Assembly: GCA_030167865.1 (NCBI GenBank)
Contig: JALAGF010005571.1
Span: 1 to 39,272, forward strand
Length of the DNA: 39,272 nt
Reading direction: 5' to 3'
DNA from: Craspedostauros australis
Taxonomy: Eukaryota
Part shown: one piece after another, positions 1 through 11,011 of the stretch
Position numbering within the stretch: the stretch's first letter is position 1
How the letters are laid out: every line of letters starts with the position of its first letter
Notes under the pieces: model-generated
The model's database searches: none
What the model was told of the DNA's origin: nothing
The model's input: the letters and a program-made list of their open reading frames with translations, nothing else
Position numbers and translations under genes: made by a program

Positions 1-254
1 CACTTGTGGCTGGTTGGGTGGGATTCGACGTAGAGGTCGCGGTCGACTGGTGGGAGACCGACGAGAGAACCCTGTCCTCCCTCCACCATGTTGAGCCAGA
101 CGAGGGCCGTGATCATGATGACGACGGCGACCACTGGGTGGACCTCGGACGAGACCTTGGTCTGCTCATTGAAGATGAGTCCGCAGACGATGGTGATCGA
201 GAAGATGAGGAGTCCGGTGGAGTACACCGACTTGATGAGCTGAATGGGATCCAT
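1..254 (-). CDS. SIT: Diatom silicon transporter (SIT), 5' part; runs off the window's left edge
   Basis: Manual translation from ATG at 254: MDPIQLIKSVYSTGLLIFSITIVCGLIFNEQTKVSSEVHPVVAVVIMITALVWLNMVEGGQGSLVGLPPVDRDLYVESHPTSHK. Two hydrophobic helices followed by the SIT EGGQ (GXQ) motif and LVGL-P-V...LY-ESH. Absent from the ORF track because there is no stop in the window. Confidence 0.95.
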   Translation of the reverse strand, partial: MDPIQLIKSVYSTGLLIFSITIVCGLIFNEQTKVSSEVHPVVAVVIMITALVWLNMVEGGQGSLVGLPPVDRDLYVESHPTSHK

Positions 255-1320
255 CTTGGTTGTCTGTCTGTTGTGTTGTTTGTTGCTTTTGCTCTGATTG
301 TCGCTTCTTGTTGCTGTGATGCGTTGCAGAACTCGCAATGGTTGAAATTTGTGAGTGATGCAAAGTCAGGTTCGATGGATGCAAGGCATGCGCTGTTGTG
401 TTAACTTGTACGTGATGGTGATGGTGATGGTGATGTTTGTTCTCACAATTTCGTTTGTTTCGTGTTGGGCTTCGTTTGGTGGTTGTTGTTGACGTTTGTG
501 CGCAAAAAATGAGCGAAAATCAGTCCGTGAAAGCTGGAAAGGCGCGATGGAGTTGTGTGACAAAGCCACGACAAGTTCGCATCTTCATACGTTTCTATTC
601 AGCTATGAATGTAATTAATTAACAGCCAATGATGGAGACATTGGCGAGCACAGGCAATCCAAACATAACATTTCATAACGTCAAAAGGAAGGAGGGGATA
701 ATCCAGTTCACTATTCTGGCGAACTTGGGAGGAGAGGTGGAAACTAATTTATCAAACATAATTTGGAAGAAACCGAAAATGAATCGGCACGATGCTCTCG
801 GGAGACTCCATCAGTGAGGACACCATGTTTCATGAATTCGAGTCTCCCAATCACAGCATAGTACAGAAGTGCCAACTTGGTGCTGCGATGAAAGAGAAAT
901 ACTGTTCTAAGAGTACAATATGCAAAGCAGTGAGGTTTCGTGCGCAAAATCTGGGAAAACACAGCAAAGGAGATGGAGGGCTCTGCGTGATCTCTCTCAG
1001 CAATTGCGCATTGCTCTCTACCCGCGTGCATACATTTTCGACATGATCGCATGGATGACAAAGACTGTTACATCTTGTACATTGAGCTTCTATTGAAGGT
1101 CTGACTTGCCTTTTGATAGTCCAAAGCACGGAGCTACAATCGGAGTGGAGTATCTGGTGTGATGAATTCGGTGCACTGTTGGGACATGCCTGTGCTGAAA
1201 GATATCCCAGCACGGCTTTGAACGAGCGCAGGTATCATGACGCATCGACGCACCGACCGGTGCTCATTTGGTGCAATAGCAGCCCGATTTGAAGTCTACG
1301 ATCCCATGCATTGTGCGCAC

Positions 1321-2124
1321 TTACTGCCATTCAGAAACGGCTTCTCCCAGCCCATCGACGTAGTCGTCATTATCGTCGTCGTCGTCGTCGTCATCGTCAT
1401 CGTCATCTTCTTCTTCTGTATTCGCTTCGAAGGTTGCAGCCAACCGTTCCCGCTCCTCCCTGAGCTCCTGCTCTTCCTCCAACTCCTTCGCAACCTCTGC
1501 CGGCGGACGAAGGTTGGTGCCCTTCGGTACAACTCGGAATTCCTGGCCCATCGAGTTGCAAAATTGCCGGAAAGGTTCAAAGTCCGATTCGGCAGGCTCC
1601 GGATCGAAGATTGCCATGGCGTCTTGCCGCAGCAAGGCGGCGAATTGTTCACATTCTTCCTCCGATTCGAATGCCAGAAGGATATTGTTGCCGGATCCCT
1701 TGGGGAATTCGACGCTGTAGGCACCCTGATCAGGCTGGCCGACATTGAATGCGATGATGTGAATCGACTCAGGCTGCAGATCATCATCCACAGGCCTTGA
1801 GAAGAATTCGAAGTACTGGTTCTGCTGATCTTCCATGCGTTGCCTCAGTGAATCCATGTCGAACTTGCTTTCGCCGTCGATGTCGTCATCGCTTGTGGGG
1901 CTTGAGCAAAGGGAGGTCGTGATGTGTCCATGCTTTAGCAATGCCGCTTGATGAATGAAGGTCGGCGGCAATGGACCGCGATGTGCCGGATGCATTCCAA
2001 TCCGTTCGCCGCATCCCACCGTTCGGTGTTGAAATCCAGCACACGGTGGTGGGAACAAGGTGCACGAGTATTGCAAAAGAGCTGCGGCGAGCAACGCGTG
2101 AAGTCGTTTGGTTTCCAGCATCAT
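1321..2124 (-). CDS. Probably plastid-targeted DUF3110-like protein with acidic C-terminal tail
   Basis: Likely start is MMLETKR at 2124, not the ORF-track start at 2331. Hydrophobic signal peptide ending CAG-F, then a transit-like stretch. The core IHIIAFNVGQPDQGAYSV...ILLAFESEEECEQFAALL...FC...VVPKGTNLRPP resembles cyanobacterial/plastid DUF3110. Poly-D/E tail. Confidence 0.7.
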   Translation of the reverse strand: MMLETKRLHALLAAALLQYSCTLFPPPCAGFQHRTVGCGERIGMHPAHRGPLPPTFIHQAALLKHGHITTSLCSSPTSDDDIDGESKFDMDSLRQRMEDQQNQYFEFFSRPVDDDLQPESIHIIAFNVGQPDQGAYSVEFPKGSGNNILLAFESEEECEQFAALLRQDAMAIFDPEPAESDFEPFRQFCNSMGQEFRVVPKGTNLRPPAEVAKELEEEQELREERERLAATFEANTEEEDDDDDDDDDDDDNDDYVDGLGEAVSEWQ

Positions 2125-2695
2125 GAATACGCTCGCTGTCGTTCTCTTCTTGGCTGTTTCGATGTGTCGCGGTATGCTTGGTGCTTGCTGGTTGGATTCT
2201 TGTGATGTGATGTGATGTGATGAGTGACGAGTGATGATTGTTCCGTCGCAGTGATTGGCTTGTCGATGTTGATGTTTGTGTTTTGTGTTGTTTGGTTGGT
2301 GACGTGCGGGTTCTGGTTGATTCTGGGCCAACCAAATCTGCCGATCGACTCGTTGGATCTAACTTTTGGCGCGCAACAGCACGTGTTCGTTGTTGTGTGT
2401 TCTCACTGTTGACACTGAAAGACGTCGAACCCAAAACGCACGGATGATCATTGGAATCTTCCTCTCTTTGGGAACAATGACACAAAGGAGACTTCACCTC
2501 TTCTTCTGCTGAACCTCATGCCATACAGGCCATACAAACCATACTACTACAGACCATACACACAGCTGCATACCTGCACGTCAATACTCATATCACAGTA
2601 GCATTTCCGCTTGGTACAAATCCAAGAACGGTTCCAATTGCAGCACTGCGAGCAAAGCACACGAAGGAGAAAGCACGCTACTATACGAAGACACC

Positions 2696-4186
2696 ATGCC
2701 TCCCGTCGTTCCGGCCGGCAAGGAAAATGATACGAGCTCTGCGTCCAATTCGCAGTGCGTGCAACTGGGATTCTCAGTGGAGTACGAAGACCAGGAGCAT
2801 CGCATGTTCGTGGGCCACAAGCTCGCATCATGGCGCGATTGGGATGGTGGGCAGATCGGGGGGAGGCCCTCGTGGCTGCAGCCGAAGGATCTGCCGAAGG
2901 GTTACGTGAAATGCAACAACTGCGAAGAACCCATGTCCTTCATCTGTCAGCTTTACGCACCGGCTGATGATGTTCGCCAATCTGCATTCCATCGATCGCT
3001 CTACGTCTTCGTTTGCGCATCGAGACAGTGCGCCACTGCCACGACGGGATCCGTGCGCGTACTGAGAACGCAGCTGCCCAAGGACAATCCCTACCTTCCC
3101 TCCGTGGATGATGACGATGTCGAGACATGGGCAATGCATCTGCCGGAGGCTCACGACATCAACCTCTGCCACGTCTGCGGCCAACGAAGCCAAGGCAAGT
3201 GCCCCGTCCAGGGGTACCATTTCTGTGGCAAGCACCATCAGAAAGAGCACAAAAAGCACGTATTCGACAAGCAGTTATTGTCCAAGTCCGGCGACTTCAG
3301 CTTTCTACCGTCTGTGTACCACGAATCCGAGCTGGTGGTTGAAGAAGAGCCGGCCGAAAAGATAAAGATCGAAGTCGATTTGGAGACGGGCAAGTCCAAG
3401 ACGCCGCTGTTTGCATCATCGGCGGATGCAAAAGATGGCGAAAAGAAACCAGCAGCGAACGCTGACACCAAAATTAGTGACAACGATGATATCGACGATG
3501 AAGACTTGGAACAGAAGGACCTCAACGAGATGATCGGTGCCGGCACTGCCACGACGGCCGCCGCCGTCACGGATGACGAGACGACGATGCAGTTTTACGC
3601 GCGCATCAATGGACCCAAGAATGTGCAAGATCAATGCTTGCGGTACTTGCGATGGCCCAGCCACGAGCTGGCGGCGCAAACGGATACGCCGTTGTGGATC
3701 CATTCCGACGCGCAGCCCACGACGGTGCCCGACTGTTCTATTTGCGGCGCGCAGCGCAAATTCGAATTTCAGATCATGCCACAGATGATCCATCGGTTGC
3801 TCAAGGATCATCGCACGCAGCATGCGCACGCTGCCGTGCGGACGAGCTTGAACACGGAGGAGCGCAAGAAGGCCATCATGGCGGCCGCCAACATCATCGA
3901 GTCAACGCCGCCGGAACAGGTCTCGCCGCACCTGGTGGATGCCAACAAGAAGGCCATCCATGATATGCAAAGCGAGCTGCTCAAGACGGAGGAAGATTTG
4001 GAGTGGGGTGTCATATCGGTCTACACGTGCACGGGAAGCTGCGGCGATTTGGCTGTTGTGGACGAGGCGAAGGATAATGGTGGTGGTAGTGGTGGTGACG
4101 ATGGCAGCAATGCTGCAAATGCAAATGACCTGGGAGCCTACCGAGAAGAGTTTGCCTGGAGGCAACCGTCGCTGGATTCAAGGTAG
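2696..4186 (+). CDS. PDCD2: PDCD2/PDCD2L (Tsr4-like, uS5 chaperone) protein
   Basis: GGQIGGRPSWL, CNNCEEPMSFICQLYAP, FHRSLYVFVC, VRVLRTQL, a MYND-like finger, and C-terminal QCLRY...CSICGAQRKFEFQIMPQ...EWGVISVYTC..SC...YREEFAWRQ. Single 496-aa ORF. Confidence 0.9.
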   Translation: MPPVVPAGKENDTSSASNSQCVQLGFSVEYEDQEHRMFVGHKLASWRDWDGGQIGGRPSWLQPKDLPKGYVKCNNCEEPMSFICQLYAPADDVRQSAFHRSLYVFVCASRQCATATTGSVRVLRTQLPKDNPYLPSVDDDDVETWAMHLPEAHDINLCHVCGQRSQGKCPVQGYHFCGKHHQKEHKKHVFDKQLLSKSGDFSFLPSVYHESELVVEEEPAEKIKIEVDLETGKSKTPLFASSADAKDGEKKPAANADTKISDNDDIDDEDLEQKDLNEMIGAGTATTAAAVTDDETTMQFYARINGPKNVQDQCLRYLRWPSHELAAQTDTPLWIHSDAQPTTVPDCSICGAQRKFEFQIMPQMIHRLLKDHRTQHAHAAVRTSLNTEERKKAIMAAANIIESTPPEQVSPHLVDANKKAIHDMQSELLKTEEDLEWGVISVYTCTGSCGDLAVVDEAKDNGGGSGGDDGSNAANANDLGAYREEFAWRQPSLDSR

Positions 4187-4487
4187 CCGAAGAGTATGGA
4201 GTAACAGCAAATGTAGTAGAGACGTGGGCTCTCTTGGGGAAGTCAATTCTTGATACCTTCGTTATTGCGGCTGTTATTGCTGCTTGGGTCACCGCGCCAA
4301 CGATACAGTTGGAAGAACAATCGTACTACAACGAAAGAGCTTGTTTGTCTCTCCAGAGTATGCTTTTGCTCGTGCACACGTGCTTTCAAGCACAAGTAGA
4401 TGTGCCCACATAGACTAGATACTGTGCAACTGATTACTCTACCCCATCATCATACAATTACTACAATTTGACACTGGCAGCTCTTGC

Positions 4488-6718
4488 TCAAATAAAGCAC
4501 ATGGCGTACTCGTCGGGTTCCGAACACATGGGGACAAGTCGATCTGCGAAGGTCTCTTCCAATCCCTGCCAACTATTTTGGAGCGTCCTTGTTGTACTGC
4601 CTCCATTGCGCAGGTACACACCCAGATTGTCCTGTGCGAGCGAGAGTATGGCAGTTGATTCCATTCAAACATCGTTGACGTGTATGGTAAGCAGCAAATG
4701 GCAAACAGCAAGTCGATTCGTAAGATGTGTATACATGCCACATACGACCAATGCTCTCAATAACGTCGCCCAAGATCGGAAGCGGTACGTTGGCGTCACA
4801 ACGTCCACAAACACGCCACAAGGCGACACAAAGCGGCACAACCTCATCAACTGCTTGTTTCGTTTCCGTTTAATCGAGCATCGCACAACGCAGCCACCGC
4901 GTCCATAACGACTTACCAGTGCCACCTGTTGACACATTTGCAACTCCAACCTCGCTTCGAGGTTCTGCGTCTTTTCCAACTCTTCCTCCCATTGCCTCCA
5001 ATACCCCAACACCAGAGGCAGGAGGAACGCGTCGATCGCCTTTGGACCAAACAGCATGATTCCCACGAAGCCTCCGTAGATTGTCGTCTTTGCTTGTGGC
5101 TTGCCCGCTGAATCGTATGGAGACGCCGCACCACAGAGGGTCTTGAGCACCTGCGCCTTGAGTGTGACGTACTCATCACCGAACCTACAAAGCACCAGTG
5201 GTCCAAATTCGAGTAGAGTAATGCAGAGTAGAGCACAGCATCGTGCAAGCGGCGAAATCGACGAAAATAATCAACGAATGTGGTGATGGTGTGAGAAGTT
5301 GATGCTGTTGCGTCACTTCGCTGACCGATTGGCCGAATGGCAAAGCAGATACGATTGCACATGCACACATACTACGAGTATCGAAGAAATGAACGTACAG
5401 GCAATGCGAGCAAGGCATCTCATCCATTCACTCACAGATTGCAGGCCTTTGCCAACGTTTTGGCAGCGTCTGCTCGGAGCGCCCAATGGTTCTCATGCTG
5501 TTTCGACGACAATGACTTTGCCACAATGCAAGTGAAAAGCACTGGCAACAGTTGATGCAGCTGATAGTTGGTGAGTGGTGAGTGGCCAGTCGTGGGTTTC
5601 GTATTGATGGGTGTGGAGACAATTTGGAAAATGAGAAAATGAAATGAGTTCGTAGGCGGATGTTGGAGGGTGAAACAAGGAAAGTCATAGGTGAGACACA
5701 CAGGGAGGCGAAGGATCGTGGAGATCTCTGGATCGAGCGGTCCTATTCATTGTGTCGGCTGATTGGCCACGTTGCAGCGCCAATCGAAACCTCCAACGTC
5801 GATGTATGCACGATACGGTGAGGTACCGTTCCAACTTACGTGGAGCTCCAAATGCATGTTTGGATTGACGAGAAGGGAATGCGTAAGTCGCACCAACGTG
5901 CGGCAATGCTCCGAATGACCCAGATGCTTGTACATCGAGTTACAAACGTAATCCACAAAGAACGGCACCAGTTCTTGCAGCCCAGAATCTGATGCCACGC
6001 TGGACAGCGCAGCATCCTGCTGCCTTCGCGCCAACGGCGTCGGACCGCCCTGTTCAATCGCTGTCGTGACGCGCGAGAAGTAGAGCTGCAAATCTTCGCT
6101 GAGCAAGCGCGGCAGCAGTTGGTTGACGTGGATGCCTGACTTGCTGGCGCCATCCTCGTCGTCATCATCGTTGTTGGCAATCTCGGCGTCGATGTCGTCA
6201 TCATCCACGCGCTGCCTCTGAAGACTGCTGCCGATGCTGCCTGCAATGTCCGCACGGGCACCATCTTCCCCGGCCCTGTCACCGGACGCTTTGCGCTTCT
6301 TCATGAGGTGAACTGGGTTCTGAGGTATCTCCGGCTGCATGCCGTCCACCGCCAGCCAATGTATCGTCAATCCCACCTCGTGGGGCGACGTGGTCTCCAT
6401 CTTGGACTTCAAATAATCCTCCAGAACCACCTTCTTCGTCGCCTCCGATCCCAGGACCGAACCGCCCGTTGTGCCTGTCGCGTACAGCTTCTCGCTGCCG
6501 CGCCATTTCAGAGCCATGTTGACATCGTCCGCATGCAAGCGTCGTCGCACGATGTCGCCATCGGGATCGTTGGGGTTGACGCAGTGGATCCGCGCTCGCT
6601 TGCAATGTCTCTGCACGGCCAGCGCCTCCTGCACCAAACCCGTGATGTTCTTTTCGATCAACGAGATGAACGTAGGCCGCGATGCTGACTGCAGGTTGTA
6701 CGAAGGAGTTCCAGTCAT
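4488..6718 (-). CDS. TAF6: TFIID subunit 6 (TAF6); exons 6718-5840, 5560-5436, 5184-4917, 4631-4488 (about 471 aa)
   Basis: Histone-fold part (VQEALAVQRHCKR...LHADDVNMAL), HWLAVDGMQPEIPQNP, LSEDLQLYF, DSGLQELVPFF, SLLVNPNMHLELH|LHQLLPVLFTCIV, NHWALR. Three GT..AG introns give consistent reading phases (0,2,0) and end at TGA 4490-4488. Confidence 0.92.
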
Positions 6719-7851
6719 GATCGTGCGTTGCGTATTGTGCGTTGTGCGTCTTGCCGCGATGCTTGCTGCTGGGGTGCTCTTCTGTAAGTGTTCGTGAGTA
6801 CTTGTGCGTATGAGCATGCGCTGATGCTGCAAGTATGGAATGCCCTGTGCTGTCCGTCTGTTCTGTTGTGGTTTGGAGCAGGTTGTTTGGATTTCAGCGC
6901 ATTTGTTTGTGGCGAACAATCATCACCGCCATGGTCGATCTTTCATGTTTTTGCTCTGTGTTTCTTTCTTTCTTGTTTTTCAGAAGCAAAGCGATATCTA
7001 CGATTTGGTATACCATATTTGGCAACAACAGGATAGTACCTGAGGTACTCATTCGAACACATCGATTAAAATACTCCTTACCACCATACTATTGCCTTGT
7101 TCAAACCGGACAGGTAAGCGACTCCTTCGACTAAGAATTGCTTTGGTTTTGGTTTGGTTTGGAGTTGGTGACTGCGTAGCGTTTGTCTTCCTTGTGGTGT
7201 TGGTGTTTGTGGATGGCGATGGCGGTTTGCTGCTGAACGAATACCATCGTAGACCAGGAAGTGAGTTGGAGATGTTGACCATGGCGGTGTGAATGGCGAT
7301 GATGACAGCGGCGGTGACGATGACACGCAGACGGAATGACGCGGCACCGTGATGCTTCTGAATCCACGCCTTTGCAATGGCGTTGGAAGCAGTCGAATCG
7401 GTGCAGGAATGCCATTTTGGCGACGATGTTCGTGATGGCTGTCAGAATCGGCGGTATTTGCGGTGGAGTGCGCGACAGCGCATCTTGCATCAGGCACCAA
7501 TACGCATGCAAGCACACAGACGGATAGACGCCGACCCACATCCATCAGCAACCGTCACTGTATTAGCATCAGCAACAGGGTTACGTCCAGAGCAAGAACA
7601 TGAGTCGGTTTGGTGAAATCAGTGGCATCGTTGCGTCCAAGTCTTTTCTTGCGATAAACCTCATCCATCGCCTTGCCTTGCCTGCTCCATCTGTTTTGCA
7701 TTCGTCTCTCTTTCGATCGACGTGGTTGTCGCATCCACTGTTCCTTCATCAAATGTCGATCGGTATCGTCCTCATCAATGCTTTCTCAACGCCTCCGCGT
7801 GCGCAGTCGACTCCACCTTTCAAACGAAGTATCTTGAATTGAATTGCAAAG

Positions 7852-8166
7852 ATGGTGAACGTACCAAAGGAACGCAGAACCTACTGCGCTGGGAAGAAGT
7901 GCAAGAAGCACCAACTTCACAAGGTCACACAGTACAAGGCCGGCAAGGCCTCCAACTTCGCGCAGGGAAAGAGACGTTACGACTCCAAGCAGATGGGTTT
8001 CGGAGGACAGACCAAGCCAGTTTTCCACAAGAAGGCCAAGACCACACGTAAGGTCGTGCTCCGTCTTGAATGCAAGAAGTGTAAGACAAAGAAGCAGCTG
8101 TGCATCAAGCGAACCAAGCACTTCGAACTCGGACAGAAGAGCGCACAGTCGGGTCACAAGTACTAA
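7852..8166 (+). CDS. RPL36A: 60S ribosomal protein eL42 (L36a/L44)
   Basis: [12 protein letters not shown]...[12 protein letters not shown]...[37 protein letters not shown]; intronless. Confidence 0.99.
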   Translation: MVNVPKERRTYCAGKKCKKHQLHKVTQYKAGKASNFAQGKRRYDSKQMGFGGQTKPVFHKKAKTTRKVVLRLECKKCKTKKQLCIKRTKHFELGQKSAQSGHKY

Positions 8167-8444
8167 GCAAACCAAACGTAATCTGTTGCCAGACGCAATA
8201 CACGAGCAATGAAGTAAAGCAATAGACCAATCCCATACAAACAGCGCTAGTTTGTCCAAGATGGCTGGTATGAGTGTTGGCGGTGCTGGAAATGCAGATG
8301 CGAAAGGAAGATTGAGCACTCTGCTTCAGAGTACACTTAACTCGCGGTGCAGACTTCTTCATCGTTCGGCATCTGCATAATCACACATATGACCTCAGTT
8401 GCGGACAAGAACAGAGGAGCATCTGATGTCCCAACAGCACACTG

Positions 8445-8464
8445 GAGAGAGAGAGAGAGAGAGA
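8445..8464. repeat. (GA)10 microsatellite
   Basis: Read directly: gagagagagagagagagaga. Confidence 0.9.
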
Positions 8465-8770
8465 GGGAGTGCAATGCACAAGTACGAGCTACTCGTACAA
8501 GCCACCATCATCGCTCGGCGGTGTATTTGTACCATGGTCTGTTTCCCATCCCCTGTACTCGTTCATGTTGTATGAACTCAACGAAAACGGATCTCAGTGT
8601 AGGATCAAATGACACATTCGAGTACTTTGCTTACTTTGGGATCCAGTAGATTGCTGTTGCCATCGGTATCCGTCTGATGGAGCTTACCCGACTGGAACTG
8701 TTGTCCTCTCTCTCTAGCGAGCATTCTGCTCTTCTTCTCACCTCATCAGAGAACACAATCCACCTTCAAG

Positions 8771-9808
8771 TCACCTTGGCTCTGCTCCGCTCCGCATCAT
8801 GATCTGGATGACTTCGCTGTCCATCGGCATGTCAATGCACTCCTTCGCATCCACGAGTGCGTTGTTGTCAGTATCAATCTCATCGTCAAGGTCGTTGGCA
8901 TCGCTTTGAGGAGAACCAACAGGTACGACGAGTGCAATCTCGGAGCCTCGTTTCGGGATTCGTTCCAGGCGCAGGACACGTTGCAAGCCATCAGTTTTCT
9001 GACCATCTGCACCTTGTGGTGCATCACCAGCATCATTGCTTGACTCGCGTTTCGCCCTCCTCGTTCTCAGCATGGCGACGATCCAAAGGTTGGCGGTCGT
9101 CTCCACCACGACGGCTCGTTGTCCAACCAACTCTCTGCGCTGGGAACACGTGACGACGTGAACATGGGCACCCAACAGATCCATGCGATGCAACAAAGCA
9201 GGGTGCGTCTTCAGCTCCAGGATCTGAAGCGCGTACGCATTCCATCGATGGTTGAGTCTTCTCAGTAGCTTGAGTTCCCGATGCACGGATCGAGCATCGT
9301 ACTGCGCCCATTTGGCATTGATCTCATCGACAGTTGCCTTGTTCGCGAAGACGCACTTGGATCGTCGTCTTTTGCGTTGACCCTTCGCTGCATGTTGATG
9401 GGTGGCAGCAGCAGCAGAGGGACCGCCAAGACTGGATGTGATCCCACCACCGATCAGCGTGACGCCGCGATGACGCACCCTGTTGTCCATGTCGGAGACC
9501 TGCAGTGGCTTGGAACCGCCATTCTTACTGCCGTTGTTGGTGACATGGCAGTACTCCCGATGCAGGTTGTGGCTGACCGACGCCAAGAGCTGCACCAGAC
9601 CCGACTCTTGGATGTTCTTGGGGGTGGATCCTTTCTTCTTGGAGAGCAGGAACAGATGTGGCTCCACCTTCGTTTGCGTCAAGGCCTGAAACGGCGCGTA
9701 CAGCGCATTGCGCGACAGGGTCTTTCCCGAAGCTGTCGAAGCAGCTGCAGCAGCTGATGATGCCGATGCTGATGCCGATGTCGAGGTTAAGGTTGGGGTG
9801 GCGTCCAT
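8771..9808 (-). CDS. POP4: RNase P/MRP subunit POP4/Rpp29-like protein
   Basis: LNHRWNAYALQIL...LHRMDLLGAHVHVVTCSQRRELVGQRAVVVETTANLWIV...RIPKRGS matches the Rpp29 pattern (L.W..Y...DL.GA.V.V......VG..G.VV.ET.N......IPK..S), with divergent flanks. Confidence 0.75.
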   Translation of the reverse strand: MDATPTLTSTSASASASSAAAAASTASGKTLSRNALYAPFQALTQTKVEPHLFLLSKKKGSTPKNIQESGLVQLLASVSHNLHREYCHVTNNGSKNGGSKPLQVSDMDNRVRHRGVTLIGGGITSSLGGPSAAAATHQHAAKGQRKRRRSKCVFANKATVDEINAKWAQYDARSVHRELKLLRRLNHRWNAYALQILELKTHPALLHRMDLLGAHVHVVTCSQRRELVGQRAVVVETTANLWIVAMLRTRRAKRESSNDAGDAPQGADGQKTDGLQRVLRLERIPKRGSEIALVVPVGSPQSDANDLDDEIDTDNNALVDAKECIDMPMDSEVIQIMMRSGAEPR

Positions 9809-11011
9809 CTTTGATTTGATGGATTGGCGTTCTGTTCCTCTTTGCTTCTTTCTTCGGTTTGATGTGTTTGTTCACCTCAACGACGGCCTGGAATCTCACG
9901 GGCAACCTGAAGTCCTTCGATGTGCGCTGCCTTGGGAACAAATCCAGGCCAATCAGATCAAAGCGCTGCTATGCATTCGGAACCTGATCCTCGGTGTGGT
10001 GCTCATTTTAGGAGCGACGGGTGCGGAGGACTTGGAAGTCAGTTGGTCATCGTCTCTGTCTCCATCTGCCACCACAACAAGGGAGTGAGGCGTGTAGGGG
10101 GAGAACCAGAAATCCACGAGAATCTTCGGACCGCGAAGAAATGGATTCGTGGTTTGGCGCCAACTTCGCCGCCACGACCCAACTGACTACATTTGCCAGC
10201 ACAAACACAGTGCGACAAGGATGACGTCTGCACGTCATCACACAGGCCGTCGTCCACATCGACCACAAATCGTCCAATGAGATGTGAGAGAGAAAATGGC
10301 CAATAAGTTTTCCTCCACTTTCTCTCCAGCGACGAACCACGCGAAATCGTGTGACGCGCTCATCGCCAGCGTTGGCCACGTAGAAAATGAGTACGGGAAG
10401 TACTGTGTGTGGCCGAAGATGCAAGAACAACCGCATTTGCAAGAGATCTTCGAGCCAACCACTCACCCAATTTTCTGTGAGAGATGAGAACAACTCTGGT
10501 ACTGCCACAACCACCAAAAACAAACCCATGCGCACACACCACACCACTCAACAACTGCAAAACGAACAACAAGAGCAAGAACACAAACACAAATACACAT
10601 CTGAAAAAGAAGGTCCATCTTCCTTTGCGATTGAACCCTTTGCAGACACAACACAACCAACACGCAGACCGAGCTGAACCGAAGTGAAGCAAAGGCAAAC
10701 GATCCATCGCATTCATACTCGAGAACGACGAGACTTCGCCTCTGGTCATAAAACCAACCTCACGAGCAAACGGAAGATACCACCACAAAGACACAGAGCT
10801 TGCATTGCCTTCCGCAATCTTCCAACAGGAATAGCAACAGTCCCAATCGCAACAGCGTGACCCAGCAAGAGAATACGAACGCAAACCTCTGGCAGAAACG
10901 AACCCACACGTCTTCCAATCGAGAAGCCGACTGTTCCCACCCAATCCAGCATACACAAAGAGTCTCGCATCCACATTTCCGTCAACATCCAAATTCACAA
11001 TCACATTCACG

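Noticed and set aside
6..404. 132-aa plus-strand ORF
   Set aside because: Antisense of the SIT coding region and its 5' UTR.
2125..2331. N-terminal extension of the 336-aa ORF
   Set aside because: Non-ATG start and translation of a CA-rich 5' UTR; the signal peptide begins at ATG 2124.
7049..7850. Short ORFs between TAF6 and eL42
   Set aside because: No motifs or consistent codon bias; likely divergent promoter/UTR sequence.
9900..11000. ORFs of 60-216 aa between POP4 and dapA
   Set aside because: Translations of CAA/GTT-rich intergenic sequence; no domain and no convincing splice model.
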